Source of the DNA: the human T2T-CHM13v2.0 reference genome, Homo sapiens | Direction: 5' to 3' (one strand) | Assembly: GCF_009914755.1 (NCBI RefSeq) | Contig: NC_060928.1 | Length of the DNA: 64,000 bases | Shown: positions 14,775 to 28,690 of the stretch, in pieces | Numbering within the stretch: position 1 is the stretch's first letter | Layout: each line of letters opens with the position of its first letter | Translations under genes and position numbers: made by a program | Notes under the pieces: model-generated | Seen by the model: the letters and a program-made list of their open reading frames with translations, nothing else | Told to the model about the DNA's origin: nothing | The model's database searches: none

Positions 14775-14943
14775 CTTTTAATATATATATTTAGACAGAG
14801 GTTCTCCCTCTTGTCACCCAGGCTGGAGTGCAGTGACAAGATCCCATAGCTCACTGCATCCTCAAACTCCTTGTCTCAAGCAATCCTCTCACCTCAGCCT
14901 CCTGAATAGATGGGACTACAGAAATGAGCTGCCACGCCTGGCC
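14775..14943 (-). mobile_element. FRAM/FAM Alu monomer
   Basis: agacagaggttctccctcttgtcacccaggctggagtgcag...gccacgcctggcc; single monomer. Confidence 0.8.
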
Positions 14944-15539
14944 CCTGAAAATATTTTTTATTTTTGACATTAAAAAACACATAATAGACTGAAAATCTAC
15001 ATTCACAGATCTCCGATGTTTAGTCCCATTAACTTATTGGCACGTTTGCTTCTAATCTCCTTTACCAACCCCTCACCTTTTTAAACAGTCAGAATTACTT
15101 TAATGAAAATAAGATATTCTCAGTATAGAGAAAACAATGAAGAATAGTATAAAAATGAAAGCAAAAAGAAGAAAAAGCTATCTTAAATCCAAAACAGAAA
15201 TAATCATCAATATTAGAAGATCAAATCAGACAGTAATCTAGAAGAGTGTGTGTGTGTGCATGTGCCCACACACAAGTACACAGAAGGGTATACAGACGAT
15301 AGAAACATACACATTAAAAAAACAAACTCGTATGATTATTAATCTTAATTTACTGAGCATTAAGTTTAACTCAATTTAAAATTAATAGAAAAAACAAAGT
15401 GAACCTTAAAAATACTTTTTAACTGCAGATGTATTTCTCAGAAGATCACTTTAAATTTTTTTTAAAAGAGAATTTTGAAAAAAAATTAAGAGGCTAGAAT
15501 AATTTGTTAACTACATGTTTTAATTTAGACGGTACCAAC

Positions 15540-16650
15540 TGACATCCTGCCTTCAACAAAAGATGAAGACATTAGCATTCTCATGCACCCTTCTAATTCC
15601 CCTCCCTCATTTCCCTATTTTTGTTAATTATAATTGTGAAACTGCCTAGATTTATACATTCACATTCTCTTGGTTTTCCTAATTCCCAGAATTGTTTAGT
15701 ATTCATTTCATTTCAAAGAGGATTAAATGCTCATAGCCAATCGTTTTACCACAGGTTTTTCATTAATAAATTATTTACTTTCATTGATTTGTATTTTGTT
15801 TTTTGTTAGTTCTCCTTCCCCTCCCCCCAGGAAGAGTCCAATGAATTCTTTACTTTGGGGTTTTGGTTTTCACATTTGAGAATTTTTACTGCTGTGGTTT
15901 TCATTAGATAGCATCTTGCTGCCTGGATGCGTAAAGAATTCTTTCCATAATCTTAAAAGTTTATCAGCTTAACTAGAACATCTCTCAGATTCATGTTCTG
16001 ATTCAAAATTTCCTGGAATATGTTGTGTTCTTTCGATATACAGATTCAATCTTTCTTCATTTTGTAAAAGTTCTCTTGAGTTACATATGTTGTTCCATAT
16101 TTTGGGTTCTCTATTCAGGAACACCAATTACCCTTATGTTGAATTAGCTTTAGCTCTGTTCCATAGACATTAGATTCTCTAAAACTCTCCATTCTCCCCC
16201 TCCTTCATCCACATACACTATACTGATCATAAGTCTTCTCACTGTCACTAATTACATAATCAGTACTGTTTATCAAATACCTTGTATTTTGTCTGTTACT
16301 AGTTCAATAATGATGTTAGCTTGGCCCTCGATTTGTTTTCTCACACATACGATATACCTTTTATTTTCTAGGCTTTGAGCTCACTCTTTATTGAATATGT
16401 GTCCTTAGTGAGTGGTTCTTTAATGTGACACAACTGTGAGATTTTCTTTGGCTCATTTGTGTTACAGTTTTTTCCTTTGGGCTCTTCGTATACTATTTTT
16501 TTTTTTAGATCTAATAAGCTTGTATAATTATTTGCATAAATGTTGTGCCATGGCATATTTTTCCCCATGTTCCATGTGTTTGGACATTTCAGACAAGACT
16601 CTGTATTTGTTATGAAAGAGTGCACCTGATTTAAGTCTTTCCCTTCCATA
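15540..16650 (-). mobile_element. Old LINE fragment (HAL1/L1M ORF1-like)
   Basis: cagattcaatctttcttcattttgtaaaagttctcttgag...tcaggaacaccaattacccttatgttgaat resembles antisense HAL1/L1M ORF1. Confidence 0.5.
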
Positions 16651-18085
16651 AATAACATCATATGCTTTTCCACCACTATGAGCCACATATGGAATGCTAG
16701 GAGTTTCACAGTCCTACCATCCTTCTATAGCTTGAAAGACTGACAGGAGGAAGATGGTTGCAGAATCTGGCTGAGTATTGGTATTGTGTTTTTGTCAGAA
16801 TACTTGAGCTCTACTCTAAAAGTCGTTTAAATTAGATGCTTTGTACCAGGGTTCAACCCACTTCATTGAAGAAAGATATTCTGTTCCCAAGGAACAGTAT
16901 CTTAATATTTCGGATCATTTTCCCAGCAATGAAATGTCCATTCAATCCTGTCATAGTCAGCCCCTTTGTTCACATTTCCCCCTTTATTCAAGTATCCTAG
17001 GACTCTGTTTCTAATTCTTGTTGGCCAGAAGAGAAAAAGAAAAAGGACTCACTAAGAATGTCTCTCTACATATTTGGTTATTTGTGAGAATTGTCAGGAT
17101 TGGGTCAACTCAGTTGTATAGCTCTAGAATTACAGAGTAGGTTAATGAGCAAGCCACACTGTGCCACTCACTCTGTTCCATCTCGGAATTGTTTGTTTTT
17201 TATACTGGAGACAAGTTTTTCAAGTGTATTGCTTTAAGTTATCCCTCATTCCCTATTGGGTTCATATCAGTTCAAAATGAAAATGTTTCAGCTAGTTTTG
17301 CTCGTTTGGTAGGTATGGGGGAAAGTGTGCCATTGGATTTTATGTTACAGTTTAAATATGATATCTTAAACCAGAAATTTTACTCAAGTTTGTAAATAAG
17401 CAGTTTTTCACAGAGCTAAAGAGATAACTTTAATACATAGATGTAGCCAAAGCTCTTTCTTCTCATTTCTTCCCCTAAATACTTGCAAATTTTAAAAGTC
17501 ATCGTAAGATTTTAACAGAGAAGGTTAAGAGTAAAAAAATCCACATCTAATGCAGTGAAGAGCAATTTGCAGAGGCATGTCCTGTCCTTTGGCAGAAAAT
17601 AGCATTGAGCTACTGTCTGCTACCATTGCTACACAATCAAATTCTTCCATAAAACTGAGTATATCTGAAGAATGACAAACAATTAAAAAATATGCTACAA
17701 AATAAAAACTCCTTTCTTCCAAAAACCAAAGACTGTCTCTTAACTTTATAGAATAAATGGAAAAAGGCAAACTACAAATCAGGAGACAGCCTGAGTTATA
17801 TGTACCAATCACTTACATTATCTGCTCTCCTAACACGGATATAACAAAAGGCCAGTTTAAAAACTATATTCCACTGAATGTTTTTGGAGACTAAGCTATG
17901 CAGAGGAATTTTTCTGTAAGCAGAAATGGCTAGACAGGTGCTATATTATAGTTGAGTCTTTGCTAAAATTGTTGCTTCTCATCCAGGTTTGGCTGCTCCT
18001 TCTCTCTGGAATTACAACACCAATTCTCAAAGTAACATGATGCTCTTCCTTTTACTTTTCCTTAAGCATGTTTCCCCTTAGCATG

Positions 18086-18519
18086 TGATATGGTTTGGAT
18101 ATTTGTTCTCATCAAATCTCATGTTGAAATATGACCCCTACTGCTGTAGATGGGGCATAGTGGGAGGTGTTTGGGTCATGGGGGTGGATCCCTCATAAAT
18201 GGCTTGGTGCCCTCTGCCCACTGCCCTGCCACAACAGTGACTGAGTTCTCACTCTATTAGTTCATAAAATAGCTGATTGTTAAAAGACCCTGGTACTTCT
18301 TCCCCTCTCTCTTGCTCCCTCTCTTGCCATGTGACACTGCCTGCTCTCCCTTCACCTTCCACTATGATTGGAAGCTTCCTGAATCCCTCACCAGAAGCAG
18401 ATGCCAGCACTATGCTTCTTGTACAGTCTACAAAACTATGAGCCAAAATAAACCTTTTTTCTTTATAAATTATCCGGCCTCAGGTATTCCTTTACAGCAA
18501 TGCAAAACAGACTAACCCA
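18086..18519 (+). mobile_element. MSTB-like MaLR solo LTR
   Basis: TGatatggtttgg...actaaccCA; AATAAA; 5-bp TSD GCATG at 18081-18085 and 18520-18524. Confidence 0.92.
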
Positions 18520-19319
18520 GCATGCTTGAAAGAGCCTGACATTTTAAAACAGAGAACTTTATTAAAAACCAGAAAAAGAATTCTTGAAATATTTACTGAA
18601 AATACAGCCACTGTTTGAAAAAGTCAGCTTTCCAAATACAGGTTTCCCATCCCAAGACTTCCAGTTGACAGTACAGAAGAGTTTTTCTTCAACCAACAGT
18701 TCCATGTCCTACCCACATGTAAGGCCAAATTTGGCCTGCATGGCTACTTACATAACTATGTGGTTTCCTTTCCTCCTAGGTCCCAGATTTTACAATGAAA
18801 GATACTATCTCATTTTTTCTAAACAAAAGTGTAATCCCTCATTTATTTTATTCTATTTTAAAACCAAATACCATGACCTTATTAATGAAGCTCTTTCAAA
18901 CTCTGACATACTTAACCAATTAAAAAGGCAAGAGAAAATGACATGTTTGATGTGCATGAATAACTTAACACTCCTCAGTTGGTTCATTAACTTTTGGGAT
19001 ATTCTGTTATGCCACAGTTGCTGAGTGTTCTCAAATACATAGTTTATACTCTCACATGAACATAAACAGAAATGGTTTTTCATATTGTATTCATTAAAGT
19101 GCTACAATATATCAACCTTTTAAATATAGCACAATGATAATGTTACACATTTAGTATTGATTTAGTACTGATTCAGTAAGATGTACCACATTTTCTTAAC
19201 CGTAGATATAACTGTCTCTCTAGTTAGAAAAGATATTCAGAAAACTAACTAAAATCCAACAATTACCTTATGATTACTTCCTTAGCTGTAAAACATACAT
19301 ACTTCTTGTTGCATATACT

Positions 19320-19570
19320 CTTTGTTGTGATTAAGAGATCTGACTCAGAAGTAGGTCTGTTTGGTATCAAATTCAGGTGTAAAAACTTACTACCATAGAG
19401 CTACAGGTATCTATCTTAACTCATGAAGGCTTATCATCTGTAAAATCATGATAATAATGGCAACTACTTCATAAGATTATCAGGATTAAATGAAATAATG
19501 TATTCAGGGCTCTGAGTGCAATGAATACCACATATTTAAGCACTTAATTCAAGTTGGCTATAATTATTTT
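19320..19570 (+). mobile_element. MIR
   Basis: tcatctgtaaaatcatgataataatggcaactacttcataagattatcaggattaaatgaaataatg. Confidence 0.7.
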
Positions 19571-19647
19571 TAAAAGCTATACTATAGTATTCAGAAGAAG
19601 TGACCTTTCTGTTTTTTTAAATATATCAGTCATCAGAAATGGAATGT

Positions 19648-19822
19648 GGGGTAGGGTGGGGGGAGGGAGAATATTAGAAAAAATAGCTAATGCATGCTGG
19701 GCTTAATACCTAGGTGATGGGTTGATAGGTGCAGCAAACCACTATGGTATACGTCCACCTATGTAACAAACTTGCACATCCTGCACATGTGCCCCAGCAC
19801 TAAAAATAAAAACAAAAATAAA
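19648..19822 (+). mobile_element. 5'-truncated L1PA (about PA8-PA13) 3'UTR end
   Basis: gctaatgcatgctgggcttaatacctaggtgatgggttgataggtgcagcaaacc...A tail; degenerate TSD aaatg(g/c)a(a/g)tgtg. Confidence 0.85.
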
Positions 19823-19913
19823 AATGCAGTGTGAAAGTAGAGGTAAAATAATTTTCTCACAAACAGAATAATTTTATTAATATAAGGAGGTAGAATCAAT
19901 AATTGTTATTCTA

Positions 19914-20302
<389 letters not shown>

Positions 20303-21110
20303 CTATGTGTTAAGTTAGTTCTTAGAAGGTATTTGATTTTTTTTTTCTTTAAAAGGTCTGAAATTTTCAGGTGAAAACTGAGCTCACAGAAATAACCCAG
20401 ACTTCTGTAAGATTATGTTCTTCCTTCCCACTACTACAGCCTTCTACTCCTTCTACTTTAGGAATTAAAGTGGTGGTGCTAGCAAAACATTGATATTTGC
20501 CTGTGATTTGGGATTAAGAACATTAAATGTCATTGGGTAATTTTCCTGTCTTTTCATGAAAACTAGAACTCACACCAGCTATATTAAGTAAAAGTAGATC
20601 TGTAGGGGAAAGTCAGATAATTCAATTATAAGTTCAGCTAGGCCTCTGGGAAACTAGAATATCATCAAGGTACTATGCTCATCTCCCTTTCCATGACGAG
20701 AAAGGGACGCTGGCTCAATGATTCTCTGTCTGCCTGCTCAATTCTCCTTCCTTCTGATTGGCTTCTTTTGCATAACTCATTTTTGCAGCTCCTCATAACT
20801 CTCACTTAACCATGGCTTTTGGAGAGCATATTTTGACTCTGGCCGCAAATCTCCAAGACTTTAGAATTTTGGTCTGTCTTGGTTTCACATCCAGGTTGAC
20901 CAGTTAGATGTTTACATTTGATCCAATAAATTGTCTAGGTCAGAATCATGTGACATGTAGGGTGGCCCACCCACATAGGGTGTGCGTAGGATTTATTCTC
21001 CATGAATAGGATAGGGGTAGGAAGGAAATTTATATATAAACCATAAGACAAATAAAAGCATTTAAATCTAGGACACACGTTTCTATTTAGCAGAGCTGTC
21101 TCTTTAACCT

Positions 21111-21234
21111 GAATTTATTGAGGTACAATTTACATATAGCAAAATCCACTCTTTTTGGTGTATAGTTCTGAGTTTCAACAAACACATATCGTCGTGTAAC
21201 CATCATGTGATCAAGTCAAAGGATGTTTCCATCA
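21111..21234 (-). mobile_element. L1M (MB/ME) extreme 3' end
   Basis: tttattgaggtacaatttacatatagcaaaatccactc...gtgtaaccatca. Confidence 0.7.
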
Positions 21235-23179
21235 TTAACTCATATCTAAAAATTCTGAAAAATGTACACCTTAAGTATCCCTCCTTTTACCTTAAAGAAG
21301 CGAGCTGATAAGCTGCTCTTAGGAACTTTCCTTTTTAAAAAATTTGCCTTTAAGAGGTAACAGAAACATTATATATATTGATACTGAGACCTGAGTATTT
21401 TTACTCATGGCCTATTTCAGGCTGTTATTTAAATAAATATTAAAGGGACTTCTTTAAGCTAGAACTTCATGAAACATGTAATGTATAAGGGCTCAGGTGA
21501 AGCATCTCTGTACAGTATATACAGTAGACACTTATTGTTATAAGCTTTAGACAGTATCTGAATTTAGACCACAGCTTGCCGATAAATGGACACTCTCCCA
21601 TGGCATTCTGCCAGTGGAGGGGTGGAAATGCTTGGGAGATAAACAAAGGTCACAGCTTTATTTAACACCGTCACACACCAAATCGGAAGATAGGCATTCC
21701 CTATTGGGGCAGAGACAGTCTGTCCTCCCGTGACTGCTCAGCTCTTCAGTGGAGTCAAATCCTGCCTTTAAAAGGTGGGGCTCACCAAGTGGCCTAAAAC
21801 AGGTCTCATCTTTCATCAAGGGCTTCTAATTTTAAATTGCTGCCATGCTAAATTTTATCTTGAGTGTTGCCCTCAGTCTCCACCCAGTTTGCTGAGATCT
21901 ACCACTGGTTTTAAACAAGAATTTTCCAGGGTTTTGAATTCCAATGTGCATTATTTAGCAAATACCCTTCATAGGGCACAAAAAAATGCAAGTTGATTAA
22001 GAATTTGAATAAAAGCCTCATTTATGAGCATTGGATGTATTTCATGTGGTATACTGAAGCTAACCTACAAAAATATCAATCTCTACTGATACCACTCTCT
22101 GCAATAACAGAATCCACTAAGAAGAGATTAAAAACAAAACCAATCATTTCCCAGGATAAAAGGTTAAAGTTCCAATTTAAACAATACTTAGAAATACACT
22201 GTAGCAGCCTTATGAGTTGCAACTTGGACTCAACTGGTAAAAATGGGTAATTATCACATGCTATGAAACTCAACTCCTCCAAAATACGAGGGAACAGGAT
22301 TCCTCTGGATAACTTTGCCCAGAAACAACATATCTCTAGTAATGCTGCCAGCAGGAAAATTTAGCTGATAATTGCTGTTTAAAGCACTTATGGTTTGAAA
22401 TGGGACCCCTTAAAAATAAAATTTCTAGTTTAACTTATATACAATTACCCTTATAAAAGACAAGGGTACAGATAGAATGTACTTACTGAAGTTATTTAAT
22501 TCTTTCATATTACACACACATGTAATTTTTTTTTCTGTTATGGAATTCAGCATCTTTCATGTAGATTAACATCACCTGCATGTGCATTTTATTCCCATTG
22601 TGGACTAAGGTACTAGTGTCTCAGTGTTCAGTGCAGACAGATTGAAATGCCTGAGTGAAGGCCACCATGTACTGCAGCCTTTAGTCTGCCTTTACAGATC
22701 AGAAAAACCTAAACCAGTCTTCCATAAAGCTTAATCATTGGCTGGGGTATGGAGAAATCTGATTCTTGCATTTACATTATAAAACCCCAACATAATATAA
22801 GACTATGCCTGGGTATCTCAAGTTATTTCTAGCAGTCTTTCCATTGTCAGTAAAAGGTGTTTCTTATCTACAGAATGTGGGCCAAGAGTCACTGCACTGA
22901 GTGGACGTGAATTCTGGGATCTCATGTTTTCAGCATTAGGATTAGGTTGTACAAGAACCTATGGGGAGTAGAATGTGGGAGATGGAGATTGACCTCAAAG
23001 TGTGAGAGCTCTTGGGGTGATTACCATAAGCAAAAATAAAAAAGGGATAATTAAGTGAGTCCAAACGGTTTCAAAGCCCAAAGGCTGTGTGAGTTGTAGA
23101 ATGTGAAGCATGGGAGCTGGAGATGTTCCTGAGCTTCTCTCTTCACCCCGATGATGAGGAGAGAAAACACAGGAGAGCC

Positions 23180-23560
23180 AGGCCTTCTTGGTTTATGCAG
23201 GAAGAAGAGAGGTTTCTTGGAAGGCTTTGGGGTAGCTCACAAAACAAAAGGTAGGCCTGAGGAAGCAGGCTCAGCAATCATGAACCAGAGAGGCTTCCTG
23301 GTTTCAGGTGGTGGGAACAGATGTGTCTCTCCACCAGTCAGTTCACTTCTATTTTCAGTCCGTAAGTTATTTGGCTCAGGTTACAAATTCCAGAGAAGGG
23401 GGTGTACCTCACAAGCTTAGTTCAGGTTTTATGCTCACCCCTTAGATAAGGGAGAAAAAGATAGCTGGGGCAGACCCAGCAGGCTACATATAATGAGGAA
23501 ATGTTGGTCTTGCAGTTAAATTGTGGTGGTTTCCAAAAGAACACAATAGCTAAGCAACAA
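23180..23560 (-). mobile_element. MLT1 (old MaLR LTR) fragment
   Basis: ttggaaggctttggggtagctcacaaaacaaaagg...caaattccagagaagg. Confidence 0.5.
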
Positions 23561-24360
23561 AAATAAAAGATATTAATGATGCCTATCTTTTATCTTAAGA
23601 AAAAAAAAGTTTTCTGGTTCTTTACGTATTTCTGCCTAAAGACCCATTAAAAACTGAAGGGCTCACTCATATTCACAGATCCCTGCTGAAGCTGGGAACC
23701 AGAGGGCTGAGTCACTCTCCCCTGCTGTTTATCCGGGTCCCACACCAGCTTGCTGTCCTTTCTCATCATCTCACTTTGGGCCAAATGTAACTAGAGACTT
23801 CTCAGCTTATTTTTAGTAGCTGGTAGAGAAACATAATGTGTTCAATTCCTTAATTAATAGTCTCCACAATTTTTCCACTAGAGGAGAGGGGACAAAACAG
23901 GTTAACATATTTATCTCTGTGCATTAAATTATCTATAGGTAAAATAAGACCAGGTATCATTTGAATTTCAAATTCAGGCAAGAGTAATTGATTAATTAAT
24001 TAACAAAAAAGACAATATTTCATATAATCAACGTGAGGAATTTCAGATTTGCAGTTGAACCTCTAAAGTGATTTTTTTCCCTAGACTTCACTCGTTGTCC
24101 TTCCCCAGCCTCATGTGTGTGCACGGACACAAACATACATACATACACACATATACATGTGTGTATATATGCACACACATATTTGTATACACATGTATTT
24201 TGTATACACAGGGTAATTCACAGATGTTATCTGATTTCATAAAATTGTGTGTGCTACTTTATACATCTTTATCCTTTTTAACCTTTTGAATCAGAAAGGC
24301 ATATGGTCAGAGGAAAACTCAGTTTCTCTGATAATGACTGAATTAAATATGCAATCTTAC

Positions 24361-24513
24361 AGTGTAGATTAGTATACAGTATAGTATAGATTAGTATATA
24401 GTATAGATTAGTATATATAGTATAGGTTAGTGTATATATAGATTAGTATATCGTATAGTATAGATAGTATATAGTATAGATTAGTATATAGTATAGTATA
24501 GATTAGTATATAG
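24361..24513. repeat. AT-rich minisatellite built from TAGTA/TAGAT units
   Basis: About 7 imperfect copies of tatagattagtatatag with variable tatag inserts. Confidence 0.9.
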
Positions 24514-24757
24514 AACTTTGTGCTAAAAAATAAAAGCACTTTTTAAAAATGCAGTTCCAGTTTTGTAAAGATAACTTAAGTATTGCGTCCAGTATTAAAC
24601 TGGAAGTAATTGTGTTTAAGAAAAGAGCTTTAATTGGCATGTATATGCCTTGTTGCTATTCACCTAGACTACCCACTTTTGGCCACATTGTTTCCTTTCC
24701 TTCAAAGGAAATTTTGCTCCTGGCTTGAATCCTGGCTGCCTCTTCTTTCTGTCTGAC

Positions 24758-25240
24758 TGTAGTGGACCTATGCGGTTTTTTAATTTGTTTTTTGTTTCAC
24801 TTTTTTTGCTTTAGTAAACTACTCTCCTACTCTTGGTCCATGTGTCCTGTACTGGTTTGACAACCACCTGTTTCCAGCTCCACAAGCTAGCATGTAATTC
24901 CCTTGGTGAGAGTAATTCGTTCAAGGATGAACTATACAACTCAATTTTCATAGAGTTGTTGGAATTAACTGGCAAAAGGCTATCTTTGCAATAACACTTG
25001 TTGCTGTAAGAATGATGTAAGCCTGGAACTGCTGGAGGTCACCATATTGGGTAAATGTGCCTGGCAATAAAGTAGAAAAGAGGACCTGAGACCAGCTGAA
25101 TTTGGGCCACCATTGAGCAACATTTGAAACCAGGTCAACTCACAGATTTTTCTCAATTATTTGAGGAAATAAGTTAACTTTTTGGCCAAAGCTATTTTGG
25201 ATTGCTGCCCCTTGCAATATAAAGAGTCCTGAAGAATGCA
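24758..25240 (+). mobile_element. MLT1J/K-like LTR
   Basis: tgtagtgga...aagcctggaactgctggaggtcaccat...cccttgcaatataaagagtcctgaagaatgca. Confidence 0.6.
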
Positions 25241-25809
25241 CTAATTTTTACATGTTATTGTCAACCACTTTTCAGCAAAACACCCCCAAATCAATCCATG
25301 TGATTCTAGCTACAAAGGTTTTGTTCACACTTCTTTTCTCAATAGAACAACCTAGGTTGTGAGGCTCAGCTCAATTCTGTTACTAAAACACCTTCTGATC
25401 ATGCTTTGGTCCAAATAGAACCAGCTCTCACAAACCTAGGCTTTATCTCTTTATTTAAGAAACAAACCCACTCCAGTACTACTGATTGAGAGCTTATAAC
25501 ATCCAGAAGCTTAGAGAAAAGCCTCTATCTATGAAGATTCGCTGGTTATAGTAATAAAGAGACAAAATTGGTGGTCCGTTAGCTCCATGTTCAGGGCATG
25601 CAGGTAAAAGAACAGGGTCATGGAACAAGGAAGGGATACAAAAAACAGTTTGAATAAAAAATAAGACTTCAGAAAGTCTCTTGTTAACTTTTGTTTTAAG
25701 GAAAGAGATAAAAACAAACCATTCAAAACTAAATGCAAGCACATAATACCCCATCATCTAAGTTCTGCTAAAGAGTAAATATAAAGCAATATTTTACAGT
25801 TGTTCATAG

Positions 25810-26035
25810 CACTATTTTCAGTGTCAGGCAAATCTAAGTTTAAATCCTAGCACAGCCACTTACTCTGTGACCTTAGGTAAAGCAAATAAACTCTCCTCCC
25901 TCAATTTCATCTGTAAAGAAGAATTAGAATAATACTATATACCTTATGGAGTTACTGTCAATGAGACAATGTGTATATGCTTGTCAGTTTGAGAAGGAGG
26001 AGTTCATGGTAAGTGCTTAACAAATGTTCACTCTT
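25810..26035 (+). mobile_element. MIR
   Basis: aagtttaaatcctagcacagccacttactctgtgaccttaggtaa...catctgtaaag. Confidence 0.75.
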
Positions 26036-27464
26036 ATTAAGGCCAGACATTCTTTTACAAAATCAAAATGACTTTCAAGTAATTTCACATGCTGATAAAG
26101 GCAATTCAGTAACATGCGCCTGAGGCAAATTTCATTTGTGACTATGGCTTTTTACTCTTAGGTCTTATTCACATAGTTAGGTTTTTCAGCAGAGACAACA
26201 TCCCAGTCTCTAAAACTCTCTTTCACACCGTAACACTCAAAAGGAAGAGCAGGGTCTTTATTCTTAATTATTTTTTGCTTTCTTTAGGAAGAGATTATCT
26301 GAACAACTAAAGAGAACTGAAGGATTGAGGTTGCTTTGAGAAATAGTTTCATTGAGAAATAGTTAATATTGAAACACAAAGTTACAGAAACAATGCTTTA
26401 AATCTAAGTGTATATGGAAAGTGTTCTTCCTTCTCCAGACTATTAGTAACAGTCAGTTATAAAGTTTTTCCAAACTCTGGGCCTAAATTTTAAAGGTCTA
26501 AATATTGCAATTCCTATGGCATGAGGCTGTCTATCATCAGTACATGCTAGTCATAGTCCCCAAGTGTTTTGGGTTTCACAATTATCAGCTAAGCATACCC
26601 TTCGAAAAAGTCTGTATCATCAATAATACTAGGAAAAGAAGCCAAATATGATGATGTTGTCATCCAGATCAGTAGGTTTCTTTGTTCAAGCAAGAGCAGG
26701 CAGAAAATATTTCTTTCTGCCCATGAAAATGCCCCATTTGGGTCAACATTTCTGGAAAGGGTTGAATAGTTTTCAGATTCCAAAATAAGAGATTAAAAAA
26801 GTAAACAAAAGAGTCTTTCTTTCCAGAGAATCCATTGAAGAATGCAACCACTGAGAAAATATATTAATCCATGTATATACGTTGCATGTTTCAGTCTTGG
26901 CACCTTGTGGGTTTGAGAAAGAAAATGACAGGAAAGACTTCAATTGCTTAAATAATTATAGCCATTAGTATCAGGCTCCCCGGGTAATTGAATATCCTAC
27001 TTTACTTGCTGGCTAAAAATAAGTAGCCAAATGTTTCTAAGAAAAAGACAAGGTAAATGGTACATACTGATACTTCAAATCATTAAGCATCATAATAATA
27101 AAGAAAAATCATATTTCAATTTAAGTACATCATAAATACCATGTGAGACAACACTGCCTCTATTTAGACCATACAGGCATAACTATTTTCATTTCTTAAA
27201 ACGTATCATGATGTCTCATTTTGCTCAAAAGCAGATACTTGGCTAAACCAAATCTCTAGTTTTAGTACTGACCAAAAATCAATTTCTATGATTCTGAGCA
27301 TACTAATTAACTATTACTTAGGCAATAGTTGGCACTGAGGCACCATTATGTAACCAAAGTAGCAAGTAGATGAAAGAAAACCTAAAACATTCACTTACAA
27401 CTCTTTAAACCCTTTGCAAAACAATGCTATATTCTTCCCAGAAGTTTTCTCATGTGCTCTTCTG

Positions 27465-28690
27465 CAAAAGTATTTATTGAACATCTGTTATGTGCTCTAG
27501 ACACTGGGGATAATAGTGATCAAAAGAGAAAAAAGTCCCTGCACTAATGGAGCTTACGTCATAGTTGGTAATATAGAAAATTAACCAGATAAATTAATTC
27601 ATGGTAGTTTAATAGTGGTGTCAAAAAAGAAAAAAAAAATGCCAAGGAAGGAATTAAGAAAAGTTGGTGAAGAAAGCAGATCAACTTTTAGAATGGTGGG
27701 CAGGGAAGGCCTCTGTGAGCCAAGCTCTGAGAGGAGAGCTGGGGAGACCATGCAGGTTTCTGGGAGAGGAACACTCAGGGCCAAGGAAAGAGGAAGTGCA
27801 AATACCTTGAGCTGCAATATGCCTAGCATGTCCCAGGCTGTGAGGTAGGCAGTGTGGCTGGGGCTGAGTGGGTCAGAAGGAGAGCAGTAGGCAATGTGGC
27901 AATGGAGTGTTTTGAGCAGAGGAGTGGCATGCTCTTGGAATTTGATAGGATCTCTCTGGCTACTGTGTTGAGAGAAGACTATATGAAGGTGAGGGTAGAA
28001 AGAGGAAAACTAGTTGGGACACTTTTACAGTGATCCAGCAAGCGATGATAATGGTTTTGGCCAAGGGGGTGCTGTGGAGATTCAAGATACATTCAAGTTC
28101 TGACAGATTCAAGTTCTGAATATATTAGATTCAAGAAGTGCAAATGTCTTGAAGTTGAGATATGCCTAGCATGCACCAGGCTATGAGTAAGGCAGTATGG
28201 CTGGAGCGGAGTGAAATATATTCAGTTTCTGAATGTATTTTGAATCTAATAGGAGTTGCTGATGAGTCAAATATGGTAAGTAAGAGAAGGGCGCAATGAG
28301 TCAATAATTACTCTAAGGTTTTTGGACTGTGAGCCTGAAAAAGACGGAGTTGCCACTAAGAGGAGTAACTTTGACCTTAGAGAGATGAGGAGAACTGTTT
28401 TAGATATCTTAAATTTGAGATGCCAATTAGACATGCAAGTAGAGATAGTGAGTAGGCAACAGAATGCGCAAGTCTGGAGTTTGGGTAGAGGTCTGAGTAG
28501 CAGTTGTAAATTTGGATATCATTAGCTTATAGATGGAATAATTTAAAGCCATGATACTGGATGAGATTCTTAAGAAGCAAGTATAAGCAGAGAATGCATG
28601 ATGCCCAAGGACCAAGCCCTTGTACTCCTACGTTTAAATGTCTGGGAGATGAGGAAGAACCCGCAAAGAAGATACAAAAGGGTGGAAGGA
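27465..28690 (-). mobile_element. L2a, about 1.2 kb
   Basis: tatttattgaacatctgttatgtgc...ttttgagcagaggagtggcatg...aaatttgagatgccaattagacatgcaag. Confidence 0.85.

Noticed and set aside
18584-19024. 146-aa plus-strand ORF
   Set aside because: Non-ATG start, no recognisable domain, AT-rich low-information composition; probably chance.
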